A stretch of 64,000 nucleotides of DNA from Ancylonema sp. (Eukaryota), in contig JBFLGF010000018.1 of assembly GCA_050230475.1 (NCBI GenBank), positions 1-64,000 of the forward strand, given 5' to 3'. Every line of letters starts with the position of its first letter. The first letter of the stretch is position 1. The position numbers and the translations under genes are program-made. The notes beneath the pieces were generated by a model that did not search any database, was not told where the DNA came from, and saw only the letters and a program-made list of their open reading frames with translations. Shown piece after piece: positions 1 to 14,000 of the stretch.

Positions 1-470
1 CTATTTTTTTGGAAAAAAAATCATGTGAAATTGACGTGTATGATATGATCTATCGCTGTTCGCGCGTTTACAGGCTGATTTTCGTAGATGTGACGCTGTG
101 AATTCTGTAATCGTTCATATTTTACATTGTAAGCTGCTTATGAGATAATATAATGCAATACTGCGCAGCTTTCCGCTTCTGAAATGAAGCAGTATTGATG
201 CTGGGCGGGTAGATCGTAGATCGGCTGATGGATCGCGAAGGAACGCAGGAGAGGTGGGGCATGCCGCACGTGTGAATTTGCCCGTGTTCAAAAGCCACGT
301 ATTCAGCGGAGATAACGGTTGCCTCCCGCTGAATTGAATAGCGTGGAAATCCGCGGTTAACCCCGGTTTTTATTCATTTCGGCGTCAAATGAATAGAATA
401 CAACTTAATTATTACTTCGCCTATTCAATTCATTTCGGCGGGTATTCAGCAGAGATAAGGGATGCCCTTA

Positions 471-1432
471 GAGCATCTCTTATGGCCGCGTAACTTTCTG
501 GTTAAGTAGGGCCCGCTATCCGGCCCGAATAGGGCCGCAGGCAACCACTTATTTGTGCGTTTGACCCTTATGATTCGGGGTAGCTTCGCTGGATAAGGTA
601 ACTTCGGTATACAGTCACTTGTTCGCACGCTGCAGTGCCACGATGGCGAGCCTCTTTTTCTCCTCCGCCCCGCTCGGCGCTGCTTCGCTGCGCCACTTCC
701 GCCTCTTCTGCTCCCTTCCTTCGCCAGCGTTCCTTCCACCGCAGTCCAGCAGTCCACGATTTATCCGCCCGACACCAATACTCCTTCAAAAATTCAGTGA
801 AGATGTGAAAATTTAAGATCTTAATATTTTCTTTCATATCTGAGAAAATCAAGAACAAATGACGTGGAAATAATTCAGACTCGCAGAAATAGAAACATGA
901 CCTCAAAATACGCGCGACGGGTGAAATAAGATAAATTAAAGTTTTTGTTTTCAAATTTTTTTCGAAAGAAGGTATTCGATGAATAAAGAAACCGATCTGT
1001 GAAAAAAATCAGAACAAATGGCGAAGAATATATTCAAAGCGAGCAAATCGGGCCAGCGACTGAGTAGGTGAGGTCATGAAGGAAGGGCATTGACAGAGAG
1101 GGAGGCTGAATGAGGCGTAATTTCGCCCAAATTTGGAAGGTCTGGCGTCGAACCTCGGTTCGCTGACTGGACAGAGCACGATCAATCGAGATTGCGGTGA
1201 TTGGTGCGGATAAATTACTGCCACGTAGGATTCACTACTATCTCGAGAGTTACAACGAGCTCTACTCATGCGTAACTTTATCTCTGAGTAGCGAGAAATT
1301 CATGGCGCTATTAACTTTCAGGTAACTCGCTATCCTAATCGAAGTTCATAAGGGTGGCACTTTTCCCTAATTATGGTAACACCCCGGCGTAATGCCTATT
1401 TCCCGAAAGTTACGCAGTCATAAGGGATGCTC
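471..1432. mobile_element. Non-autonomous PIF/Harbinger (Tourist-like) element
   Basis: Left TIR GAGCATCTCTTATGGCCGCGTAACTTTC matches the reverse complement of the right end, GAGCATCCCTTATGACTGCGTAACTTTC. TTA TSD at 468-470 and 1433-1435. The right end of a related element (…ATAAGGGATGCCC, ending 467) abuts it. Confidence 0.85.
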
Positions 1433-1490
1433 TTAGGAACGTAGCTCTAGCTAAGTTTATGATTTAGGTGCAGGTAGGTTGATTCAGGTA

Positions 1491-1661
1491 CACCCAAACC
1501 TCGTTATATGAAACTTCGTTATAAGATATTCTTTGCCATAAGAAACTATTTTTCAAAGCTTTTTGTTTTTTTACACTTTAAATGTGATCTATTTAAGAAA
1601 CATTCGCTATGAGAAACCCTTTTCCCAATGTTTTTAGGTTTCTTATATCGGGATTCGAGTG
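1491..1661. mobile_element. Tc1/mariner (pogo-like) MITE
   Basis: TA-CACCCAAACCTCGTTATA … TATATCGGGATTCGAGTG-TA: imperfect TIRs with TA TSD. Confidence 0.6.
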
Positions 1662-1689
1662 TAATTTGGTAATTCGTGAGGTGGGGAAA

Positions 1690-1885
1690 CAAGTGGTGCT
1701 ATAAATTGACAATAAGAGCGCAAAAGCGTTCATGGAGAATCATAATTACCACTCGCGCATAATTACCACTTGCCAAAACATCACTTTCATTTATAATAGG
1801 GAGTTGCTTTTGGGGTTTTTTTTTTTAAAGGATCGAATTGAGGATAATGAAGCCGACATGTTCACCAAACATACAAATGGTGTTT
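1690..1885 (+). mobile_element. Ty1/copia RNase H C-terminal remnant
   Basis: Degenerate IDNKSAKAFMENHNYHSR … DNEADMFTK matches the copia RNase H tail motifs DNxSA..NPxxHxR and NxADxFTK. Confidence 0.55.
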
Positions 1886-3210
1886 TCAAAGTGAACAAGA
1901 GTTACGTGATGGATGCGATCGGTACGCTAAAGAGGTCATCGATGATGTGGACAATCGATGAAGAAGTGATATCACTCGGCAGCTCGGCACATTAAGGGTA
2001 GTGCCGATGAAGTAAAGATTGAGGTCGGAGGCCAAATTCTCTTTAACTTAGACAGGTTGGCAGTAGCTTAGTGGCTTAGTGGCGGTAGTGGTTGTAAATA
2101 TTCACAAAACTAGGCATCTTTTGATCTTGGTTCGTTGTACCACTAGCTGTTTGCAAGGTGCCACACTCTCCAAATTTACTTGACGACAACATTACTAAGA
2201 GTAACACAACATCACAATAAAATTGAACCAATTCTTGAGTCGCTAGCAATTGTTAAAATTATAAGTACGTGAATTATGTATATAGAAACTAAGAGATATG
2301 CGAATCGATTGTACGGATGAGCGATGGCTCGGGTATGCAAACAAATATGTTTTTCGCCCCGCATCAAGTAAAACGATCATCAATAGTTATTGATGAGTTT
2401 AACAACGAAAGTGCAATGCGATGATGCATTTTGATGCACGGATTATGATACATACATGGCATCCATTGTTCTTCCGAGTTGTGCTAATGCAAACTTTACT
2501 CCAATGATATCAATGCATGTACATCCAAAATGCGAGGCCACAAAACACTTGTATGCAAGGCACGTGAAGACAAAATGCGACGTCTTGAATTCTGAATTGA
2601 TTATGGCACAACAAATGCTTGCCTTTTATACATATCAAAATGACCTTTCTTGAGAGGTTTCGTAGCTGCCTAGAATGCTCTAGATCATTGTATATTCTAG
2701 AGACTTCACATTCTATGCTCTTCTAGCCAATCCTGTCATGACACATGTGCGAAGCAAACTTCTAGTTCACCTTCCTAGCAAAATTCTTCCACACTACTCT
2801 AGAACATGACTTTTGCCACTTGTGCCTATGCAATCCGCCTTGTCGAATAGAAGTGCCGGATTATTCAACATCCCACGACATAGGCACACCACACTATAAT
2901 GACAACTCTCCTTGTAGGCATATACACACACTACTAGCACTAGAAGTAGGACACACTCTCTCGGATTACAATTGAACGATTTGCAGAGCGACAAATTTAT
3001 GTAACAACGGACAAAGCGGAGGCTCAATGAAAACAATATTGCATGATAATTAATTCACGAGAGATTCGGAATGATTACACTGTCCGAGCTTTCAAAGTTG
3101 AGCAAGAAGATGGTGTGCGAGGTCAAATCTAGCGACTTAATAAAATTTCAAGTTCGTACATGGGTTATACTGTTGGAAAGTTAAATGTGCTACTCGCGCG
3201 TTCACCGAGA

Positions 3211-6200
3211 TGACGTGCTAGATAGGATCGATAGGGTAAAGGGTCGTTGATGACGTAATCAGTTGATGTGTGACGTCATAACGTAGTCCATCGACATGAA
3301 TTGGTGAATGTCGATATCGATGACTTTGTAAGTGTAACTGGGCATCTGCCCTAACTAAGGAGTTTGGCACGCTTGAATCGCGGCAGTGATCGTAAACGAT
3401 CACCGAAACGTCGGCAGGAACGGTAACTTGACTCGTTACTCTCTCGCTACGGGCAAGCAGACAATGCTATCAACACTCTGAGGATTTCAAAAGAGTGTGA
3501 AGCAATACAATAACTAAGTAAGAACACTATAGCTATCGGTCGGCGATCAGCTGTCTATGTGTAAGTCTTAATTGCTTGTAATCTGCAGCAAAGGACTTTG
3601 AGTCTGCAAACTGAGCGTAGCTCTGACTTGCGTCGTGTAAATGAGCACAACAGGGTAATTCGCGAAAGCGAAGTAAACAGACTGAAGCACGATGAGCGAC
3701 AACTCGGATGTGCAAGCATCAATAACAATAAAGCACACTATGCAAGCAAGCAAATTGCAAGGCAAAGCACAGTAGACAGAGATACAGATTACACGAGAGG
3801 CAAGATAGGATGCAAGTCTCTTCAGCGTTAGATTCAGCGAAAGCTGAATTCAGAGTTCGAAGTACAAAGGTTATATTCAACTTCTACAGACGACGCTAGA
3901 CGCGTGTCGATCTACAATTCAATCTCAGGAAATATGCCTCGCGCGCAAATGTCTTATCAATATCTATCGTCGGATATTCATCGACGGCTAACATTTATGA
4001 CAAGTCATCACAAGATTGCTGACTAGTAAAGGTGCCACGTCGGATCGACGGATAACAAATGCTAAACAATCTCTAATTCAAATATTGAGCGGGGGCGGAG
4101 GCTGACAACTGGAGCTCGGGAGCGGGACCGGCGAGCGGGGCGGAAGTTGTAGTGCGGCGGAACTCTTAATTTGGCGCGGCGGAGACGTGATTTAATATAG
4201 GGAGAGATTAAGTAGATATTAGGGGTAAAATAGCTAACGATCTCAGACGTCGTGACAGCTGACGTGCCAGATAGGATCGATAGGGTAAAGGGTCGTTGAT
4301 GACGTAATCAGTTGATGTATGCCGTCATAACGTAGTCCATCGACATGAATTGGTGAATGTCGATATCGATGACTTTGTAAGTGTAACTGGGCATCTACCC
4401 TAACTAAGGAGTTTGGCACGCTAGAATCGCGGCGGTGATCGTAAACGATCACCGAAACGTCGACAGGAACGGTAACTTGACTCGTTACTCTCTCGCTACG
4501 GGCAAGCAGACAATGCTATCAACACTCTGAGGATTTCAAAAGAGTGTGAAGCAATACAATAACTAAGTAAGAACACTATAGCTATCGGTCGGCGATCAGC
4601 TGTCTATGTGTAAGTCTTAATTGCTTGTAATCTGCAGCAAAGGACTTTGAGTCTGCAAACTGAGCGTAGCTCTGACTTGCGTCGTGTAAATGAGCACAAC
4701 AGGGTAATTCGCGAAAGCGAAGTAAACAGACTGAAGCACGATGAGCGACAACTCGGATGTGCAAGCATCAATAACAATAAAGCACACTATGCAAGCAAGC
4801 AAATTGCAAGGCAAAGCACAGTAGACAGAGATACAGATTACACGAGAGGCAAATATAGGATGCAAGTCTCTAGCGTTAGATCAGCGAAAGCTGAATTCAG
4901 AGTTCTAAGTACAAAGTTTATATTCAAACTTCTACAGACGACGCTAGACGCGTGTCGATCTACAATTCAATCTCAGGAAATATGCCTCGCGCGCAAATGT
5001 CTTATCAATATCTATCGTCGGATATTCATCGACGGCTAACATTTATGACAAGTCATCACAAGATTGCTGACTAGTAAAGGTGCCACGTCGGATCGACGGA
5101 TAACAAATGCTAAACAATCTCTAATTCAAATATTGAGCGGGGGCGGAGGCTGACAACTGGAGCTCGGGAGCGGGACCGGCGAGCGGGGCGGAAGTTGTAG
5201 TGCGGCGGAACTCTTAATTTGGCGCGGCGGAGACGTGATTTAATATAGGGAGAGATTAAGTAGATATTAGGGGTAAAATAGCTAACGATCTCAGACGTCG
5301 TGACAGCTGACGTGCCAGATAGGATCGATAGGGTAAAGGGTCGTTGATGACGTAATCAGTTGATGTATGCCGTCATAACGTAGTCCATCGACATGAATTG
5401 GTGAATGTCGATATCGATGACTTTGTAAGTGTAACTGGGCATCTACCCTAACTAAGGAGTTTGGCACGCTAGAATCGCGGCGGTGATCGTAAACGATCAC
5501 CGAAACGTCGACAGGAACGGTAACTTGACTCGTTACTCTCTCGCTACGGGCAAGCAGACAATGCTATCAACACTCTGAGGATTTCAAAAGAGTGTGAAGC
5601 AATACAATAACTAAGTAAGAACACTATAGCTATCGGTCGGCGATCAGCTGTCTATGTGTAAGTCTTAATTGCTTGTAATCTGCAGCAAAGGACTTTGAGT
5701 CTGCAAACTGAGCGTAGCTCTGACTTGCGTCGTGTAAATGAGCACAACAGGGTAATTCGCGAAAGCGAAGTAAACAGACTGAAGCACGATGAGCGACAAC
5801 TCGGATGTGCAAGCATCAATAACAATAAAGCACACTATGCAAGCAAGCAAATTGCAAGGCAAAGCACAGTAGACAGAGATACAGATTACACGAGAGGCAA
5901 ATATAGGATGCAAGTCTCTAGCGTTAGATCAGCGAAAGCTGAATTCAGAGTTCTAAGTACAAAGTTTATATTCAAACTTCTACAGACGACGCTAGACGCG
6001 TGTCGATCTACAATTCAATCTCAGGAAATATGCCTCGCGCGCAAATGTCTTATCAATATCTATCGTCGGATATTCATCGACGGCTAACATTTATGACAAG
6101 TCATCACAAGATTGCTGACTAGTAAAGGTGCCACGTCGGATCGACGGATAACAAATGCTAAACAATCTCTAATTCAAATATTGAGCGGGGGCGGAGGCTG

Positions 6201-6501
6201 ACAACTGGAGCTCGGGAGCGGGACCGGCGAGCGGGGCGGAAGTTGTAGTGCGGCGGAACTCTTAATTTGGCGCGGCGGAGACGTGATTTAATATAGGGAG
6301 AGATTAAGTAGATATTAGGGGTAAAATAGCTAACGATCTCAGACGTCGTGACAGCTGACGTGCCAGATAGGATCGATAGGGTAAAGGGTCGTTGATGACG
6401 TAATCAGTTGATGTATGACGTCATAACGTAGTCCATCGACATGAATAAGTGAATGTCGATATCGATGACTTTGTAAGTGTAACTGGGCATCTGCCCTAAC
6501 T
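3211..6501. repeat. Tandem array of a ~1048-bp LTR-like unit (3 full copies plus a 146-bp partial)
   Basis: Units start TGACGTGC at 3211, 4260, 5308 and 6356 and end GTCGTGACA at 4257, 5305 and 6353, joined by GC. Dispersed copies of the family lie at 37576-38479, 41235-41558 and ~55720-55869. Confidence 0.95.
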
Positions 6502-8089
6502 CCCCCCCCCAGACTGGTAAGTCATGCGTCCACGTCTCGGTTTTGAGCAGATTGTATTGTGTGTATAGGACAAAATCATTTGTCGGTAGGAATTTCCTTG
6601 AGTGGTGGTGAAAGACACCAAAGATGGTAACCATCGTTACAATCATCACATAATATCATGTGTGTTTCGCCATGTCGTCCACCGCATTCTCTACAAAATG
6701 TACGGTCGGAACTGTAGAATAGACGGTTGTTGAGATTCTTGTCCAAAATGGGAATGGAGCAAGGAGACACATTTTTGTGTTGTTTAGCAATGCGGCGTCC
6801 ATCTCGTCCTTGTAAAATGATGACACCTGAAGGTCGTACTTCTGCAATACGAAGGATCTGTGGATATGTTGCTCTGTCGAGGGTGCCTTTTGTTTGTCTT
6901 TTGACCCATACGAATTGTCCGATATGAAATGTCGCCTTTGGACGATCCCATCCCTGGCCATGGACCCTGAAGTATTGGTGTCTATCTCGTTGCTGAGCTA
7001 TGGCCAGATTGCGCATTGCCAATGGCATAACTTATTGAAACAATTTTCCCCGGTTGGTGATCAATTTGGAGAATTCGTTGTCCGAGGCTGGGAGTGGGAC
7101 GTCTTCCTGGTGCTGAATTTGTGCTTGAAATATTGGGTGTCGTCCGTACAACAAATAGTAAGGAGAGTAACTCAGTGACGATTGTAATGTCATGCGATAT
7201 CCCATCGCCACGTAAGGAAGGAATAGATCCCAATCTTCTCGGTGTTGTGTCAACAATGTTTTTTGCAAGCCTGCTTTCATGGTTTGAAACATTCTTTCTG
7301 CGCATCTCATTCTTTCTGCTAAGCCATCCAATTGAGGGTGCTCTCGAGACGCCATGCGATGTGTAATGCTGTGTTGCGCCAGTAGGGTTTGAAATTCGCC
7401 CATGAATTCTGGTCCTTGGTCTGTAAGTGTTTCTGCTAGAGCACCAAAACGTGCTAGCACATTATCAATTTACGCATTGGCTGTTGTGGCGGAGCTCCTG
7501 TGTGGAAGTGGAATTAACTCGACCCATTTTGTAAAATGTTCAATAGCAATCATGACGACCGTGTTTCCCCGATTTGTAATCGGAAATGGCCCCGCATAAT
7601 CTACACCCCATCGGTAAAATAGCCCGCGAATTGGAAGTGGTTGTAGTTGCGTTCTTCCGTCATTGAAGTTGGTTTTGGAACGGGAGCATGGGAATCCGTT
7701 TGATTCCAAAATGCTCGTACCGAGTATGAGGTGTAGAAATCAATGGTACCCGAGCGTTTGGTTTTGGCACCAATTTGAGGTGTCCTTCGGTAGGGATTTT
7801 GTAAAGGTTGTTTCCCAATAAACGATATTTAAGTGTCCGCCTGTAATTCGATCACGTTGAATCGGTGTGAGATGAGAACCATAGCGATGTGATCGAAGTA
7901 ATGTGAGTGTGTCATTGTCCTCCCAAATATCCACTGTGACATCTTCCGGTTGAACCGGGTTGTGATTGAAGTTGATGAAGTAAGATGAATTAACACAAGT
8001 AATTGGTAATGTTGTAAACGTGGGTGTGGGATCCCCGAGTGTGTCTATTTCATGGGACGTGTTGCCTGTGTCGGGTAAAGGACAACGAC
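6502..8089 (-). mobile_element. Ty3/gypsy 3' portion: degenerate integrase with C-terminal PHD finger, plus PPT
   Basis: rve core RWGVDYAGPFP…IEHFTKW, TDQGPEF…HPQLDGLAERM and YSPYYLLYGR, followed by CRECGG…ILCDDCNDGYHLWCLSPPL…*FCPIH. Polypurine tract (G9-A on the - strand) at 6501-6510. Stops and frameshifts are present. Confidence 0.9.
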
Positions 8090-11000
8090 TGTTAGGACCC
8101 TCGCTACAGTCACTAGGGCTCCCTAGCGAGGTCCCCACACTTAGAGCTAGAGCACTACTAGAGCATATTTCCCTATAGCGAGTTATCCCCCGTTATAGTG
8201 AGACTTGTGTCCCTAGCGGCCGCCTGGCCCCTAGGGAGTATTCTGTTGTGTCTTTAGTCATGGCAGTGGTGCCTTTAGCCAGATTTTGTTGTGTACTTAG
8301 CCGCCCTTGACTTAATTATCCCACATTGTTCAGAGTCGGCTAGGGCCGACTTTCCTATATCTGCCTCTAGAGCATTCCTATCATCTCATGTACTTGCACC
8401 TTGTTGTGCCTACCATATCAACCAAACCATTTGATAATCGGCTCATTAGCCACCATCCTATCGGCTCATTTCGTCATTGCTTTGTGTGTGCACTTGTAAC
8501 ATAGATTGTTAGGAGTTCCATTCTATTCCACTCCTAACACTTTGATAGGAATACAATTGGGGTTTTTCAACTTATTCTTTAGGCGAAAACCTCATTTTTT
8601 GGCCGCCGTTTTTTAAGGGGGTTTCACATTCTTTCCTCATGGAGATGCAACAAATTATGGAGACTTTGAAAGCCATGAGTATGCAAATGAGTGAAAATAT
8701 GGAACGGCACGCCAAAACATATGAAAAAATCACGACTTTATTTGCTCAATCCAATGAGTTTAATGAGAAACAAAAGGTGGTGGAGGCACACTTCTGCACC
8801 CCATCTCCTATCTCAGCCCAACCCCCTTCTATCCCATAACCTGTCCCGGTTTATCAACCAGCCTACCATCGAGCCCCTTCAAAAATGGTCCTTCCTGATC
8901 GACACAAGTATTCAGGCGATTCTGCAAGTCTGACTACCTTCCTACGGCTAGTGCGCAGCCAGATCCGGGTGGCTCCTATCAGATTCTCCGATCCTGACCA
9001 TATAAGCTTTTGAGTGATTAGACGTGCCGGAATAATTAGGTGGGCGACAAAACGAACCGTACGCACAAGGATCTCTATCACTAATGATCAACGAGAGAGG
9101 AGTTGCGTGTGTGGAACGAATTATTATGGTGATTGCATCGGGGATGGTAATACCCGATGCGCTTTACAGATTGTTGAGTGCCGACGGTCGGCACAATTGA
9201 CCGTCGGCCTATCATTGACTGACAGCTCTTCTACATGTCAACGGCACATGCCGGACATTTCTGACACGACTATACAAACCAATCGCGACGCTTCAAACAA
9301 ATAACGTCTCTAAGCGTCGGAAACATGTCAGGTGCCCGGGCACAAACTTGCCCGGCCCCGCATACAGGCACATCTAGAATATTGCTCCCGGTTAGAGTAA
9401 CCGGTTACAACTGGACTAGCAAGCATAACATATGGCTATCCAAAATATTCTAACACACCCCCTCGGATGCCATGCTAAAGTTGGAATAAATGCAGACATC
9501 AAAAGGAGTACCCAAGTCATTGCCAAATCATGGCAGAACCATTGCATAACATATAAAAAACAGTTTTGGTTTTCCCTATAAAAGCGTGCTAGGGGTTTCT
9601 ATCGAAAAATGCAGCCGTTCGGAAGCCGATCGGAACTCCATGAAGTCGATCGCTCCAGATCCTTAGTTTTTTCAGGCCGAAGCCCTGAACATACACAAAC
9701 AAAAATACCACCACAAGTTAGGCGAAAAACAAAAAAACTTAATGAAAATGTTTTTGATTTTTCTTAACTTTTTCAACTTCACGATTCTGAAAAAACTTTA
9801 CACTGTCCAGTCAGAAAAATCTCACAAAACAGCATAACTTCAAAATTACAAGTCCTATCAGCACCAACTTTTGACACAAGTTTTGCAACACAATGATTAA
9901 AACATACATTCGAAAATTCAGAACAAACTGACAAGTTTAAAAAGTTGAGCAGATTCACACTTTCGATTTTAAAGTGTCCTTCAGCGTTTTCAAGTGTCTT
10001 TTCAGGTATTAAGGTGAAAGGACTTAGCTGGATGAGCTGAAGTTGGTATACCCTCCCCATTACTTCTGCATGAAAAGAAACATAACAACACACCCCCTGC
10101 CAACATGCATGGCATTTGAAACCTTCGATCATAAATATAAAAGAAAAGACTGACACCCCCAGTTCAGTATAACCGTCCAAAACCTAGACTTTTGCTGTGT
10201 CTGTCGTAAATTGGAAGAGCTTTAGTTAGCATATCTGCTGGTTGATTGGCGCCTGCAAGATCACATATTTTAGTCTGCCCGTGCTGTGGCATTCCCGTAC
10301 CCAGTGATATACCACATTAAAATGTTTTGCTTTCTGTGCACAGGATTCTGGATCATGGAGAGAGGGTTGAGTCAGTGTGGATTGTTGGTGTGGGAATTTG
10401 AGTTCTTTCAAGAGAGACTTTAGATAACAGCATTCTTTAGACACACTACAGGCAGCGAACTCAGCCTCACCAGTGCTCTGTGCAACAGTTGACTGTTTCT
10501 GTGACTTCCAACTCAGTGCTGTCCCCCCAACCGTGGTTACCCATCCCCTGTGACTCTGACTCTTCTTTTCCCTGTCATGCTACAACTGTTCCACATGATG
10601 CATCGCACAGTAACCCTTTACTTCAAATATTTCCCACAAACGTCAGAAACGTCAGTCCGTGGTTGACAGTCCCTTTAATTTTTAAGGTATCTGAATAGTT
10701 GATGTAATGCCCTTATGTGTGCGACCCCAGGATTTCCCATGTGTTTAGCCAGTACCCCAAGTGCATACCCGATGTCCAGTCTGGTTTGTTTCATGGCATA
10801 TATGAGAGATCCCACTTTCCCTCGAAAGTCTGTTATTTCTTCAGGGGTAGGGGGAGTTGGTTCATCATTCAGTGTAAACTGAGTTCCAGGGGCGGGAGTT
10901 TGGTTGGATTACACTCATGCATCCCATAACGTTCGAGCACTCCCCTTAAGAAACCTGACTGTCCCAGTGTGAGCAGTCTTCTCTGTCTATCCCTCTTCAA

Positions 11001-14000
11001 TTCCATCCCCAGGATATGGGTTAGGGGACCCAGATCCTTGACTTTGAACTTTTTACCCATATCTTCTTTAAAAGTTTTGACGACCATTGCGTTAGGACCT
11101 GTGATCACCTGATCATTACATGTATTCCCAGTATGATTCTGCCTGTCTGCTTCCCCCCTCAATATATAGTGTCCATTACTACGCATTGTGTAAACCCTTC
11201 AGATATCATAAACTTTCTGAACATCTCTTGCCACACGTGGCTACTCTGTTTTAGACCGTATAAAGCCCCCTTAAGTCGTAAGACCTTTCCCTCAGCACCC
11301 CCTTTGATATACATACGTGGTGGTATTTTCATGTAAACTTCTTCTTCGAGACGTCCATGCAGGAACGCTGTGATTACGTCCATCTGTTCCAGTTCCCAGT
11401 CATATTGGTTGGCTATAGAGAGGAGTAGGGTGATAGATGTACTGTCGATTACTGGTGCAAATACTTCATTATAGTCAATACCCTCTTGCTGTAAGAATCG
11501 CTGTGCGACCAGTCTGACTTTATATCTTTCAATATCCCCTTGAGGTGTTGTTTTGACGACCTTAAAAACATATCTACACCCCACAGCCTTTTTACCTGGA
11601 GGAAGTACACACATCAAAGGTGTTGAACGTCTCCAGGGCAGCGAGCTCTTCCACGATGGCTCCTGTCCCACTGGTCCCAGTCTGGCCTCATCATGGCATG
11701 GTTGAGGGGTGAGTGGCTCGGAGGAAGTTGCTGTTAGCTAGGATCGACAAGACCGTTGCCCCAGCCAGAATCTGCAGGACCGTTGAAGCCAGTGTAGAAG
11801 CAGCTTGGCTCCCACTCAGTCGCTGAGTAGTTGGCATGGGCCGCGTCATCGAACTCCTCCCCATCACATCACATGATATCCCCATATTCTGCAAAGTTGG
11901 CTCGTTCGTCTGGCCATCACCGGATCAGCTATGCTGCCTGGCTCCCCAACTCCTGGGTTCGCACCCCCTCCTTGCACCTCCTCCTCCCCTGTCTCCACCT
12001 CCTGCGTTGTTGATCCCTGACTGGCTGTCGGACAGCTCAATCGTGACGTTAGGGACCTCAGCAGCTTGTGGCTGGAAGTTGTCGTGCGGTTAGTCGATGG
12101 CAGCTGCTGGCTCAGGGACTACTGCTGGTTGTGCTGGTGCTGGGATTGGCTGCAGAACTGCTGGCATCAGCTGCAAAACTGCTGGCATGATGGGGTGGAC
12201 TTTTGCTGCTGGCATGTTGGGGTGGACTGCTGCTGGTGGCACAACTGCTGCTGGAGGTTCATCTTCGGTGTCGGGGAACAGATAGAAAAAGTGATTTTCT
12301 GCTGCCGCCTAAACCTGGGGAGCTCTCCCCCCCATGAGCTTCGGGTACCCCGGCACCTCCTCGAAGAACCGCACGTCCATGCGTGATATCACCCCCACCC
12401 TATGGAGGTCGAATACGTTGTAGCCTGCACTCCCCGCAGCCATCCCCAAAAATACACCAAAACAAGTGCGAGGGGCAAAGTTGTCCCCTTGCCTGTTCTT
12501 TTCTGCCCCAACTTTCAAGTATTGCACCAGACACCCAAAATCATGACTCTTGTTCATTTTCATGTTCTTTCCCTCCCAGACTTCAATTGGGATTCTGCCA
12601 GCGAGCGACTTAGTGGGAGTTCTGTTCCTTAACCACTTTGCATGCAACAATGCAACATCCCAATACGACTTCGGTAGACCTGACCAGATCAATATGCATC
12701 GCATTTTTTCTGTCAATGTTCTATTCAGTCTTTCACAGATTCTTTGTTCAGGACTGTATGTTTCTGTGGTTTGCTTGGCAATACCCTTCCCCCCACAGTA
12801 GTTCATCCAGTCCTAAGACATATACTCCCCACCCTTGTCTGTCCGTATAGACTGTAGTGGCAACCCTGACTGTACCTTGAGCAACTGTATAGTGACCCTT
12901 GCTCGGTTCAGTGCTTCATCCTTAGTTTTCAGTAAATTGACAAATGACAGATGTGTGGACACCTCAATCCCTGTCTGAGCATAAGTGAAACCTCCATTAG
13001 CAGACCTAACAGACAGAGGTCCAATCAGATCCAAGTGAATGCGACCCATCTTTGTGGGGCATGTCCCGAGATCCCTCGCTGGCCCTTAGCGTGACTCAAC
13101 TGACTCATTCCCCTGACAACAAACCTGACATCCCCTGACTTCAGTTAATTCATCTGGACTTAACTGTGGGATGTCCCACGTCTGACAAAATCTGACATCA
13201 CATCAGAACCGGGGTGACCCAGTTTGTGATGCCAGATCATGCCTGTGGATAGATTTGTTCTCGTATCATGAGATCCAAGCATGACGATGGTAGGAGCAAG
13301 CAAAGAGACCACTAGGCTGCTGCAGTACATCAGCTGTTCTATTTCGCATTCCCCTTGTTTAATTCAGGACCCGTGGGCAGGTGTAAGAAGCTCAGCCCAC
13401 CTCTTTTGACGAGGCACGATGTCGACACGAGGGTGCAGGCAATGGTTGGGACGTGGATCGAGTTGAGTGGCTCCACAAAAAAAGTGTCGCCATTCCTCAC
13501 TCGGATGTGCACGAATCTAGTGCCTGCTACCTTGTGTGACGAGCCGAGCAGTGGTGATGAAGGCCCTCTGCGTGGTCAGGGTTGGGGTGTACTCCCGAAG
13601 TGTTCACGTTCAGTAATATGTGGTCTGTAGCACCTGAGTCCAGGATCAGGGAGTCTGTGTGCGAACCAGCAGACAATGCTCGAGCAACATCGAATGAGAA
13701 AGCACCTAAAGCCAAATAATCCACATTAGCGTCAAAGGGTTTGTTAGCAAAGCGAGCAAGTCTTGCCTGTGCGTCAGCCCTTCGATCAGCTTTTGGGTTC
13801 ATTAAAGCCATGTCAGATGTGCGTTTTCTACATTGTTCAATTGTATGCCCTACATTGTTGCAATATCTGCACTTCTGTCTCCCCCCCCCTTGAACACTTG
13901 ACCTTCCCTGAGTCGCGTGCGCAACATTTCTAGCTGCTGGCGATGGCGCAGGGCACTGAGCAGCTCTATGGCCTGCTTGGTGGCACCTGTGGCATTTCTA

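Noticed and set aside
570..612. GGATAAGGTAACTTCGG resembling LSU rRNA
   Set aside because: Only a short, scrambled match, inside a Harbinger element; no extended rRNA similarity.
2651..2970. CTAG-rich TG…CA segment, possible solo LTR
   Set aside because: No TSD and no second copy in the window; boundaries cannot be supported.
3211..6501. CRISPR-like array, or protein-coding ORFs repeated in each unit
   Set aside because: Units are ~1 kb with no unique spacers; the ORFs have no motifs and change frame between copies.
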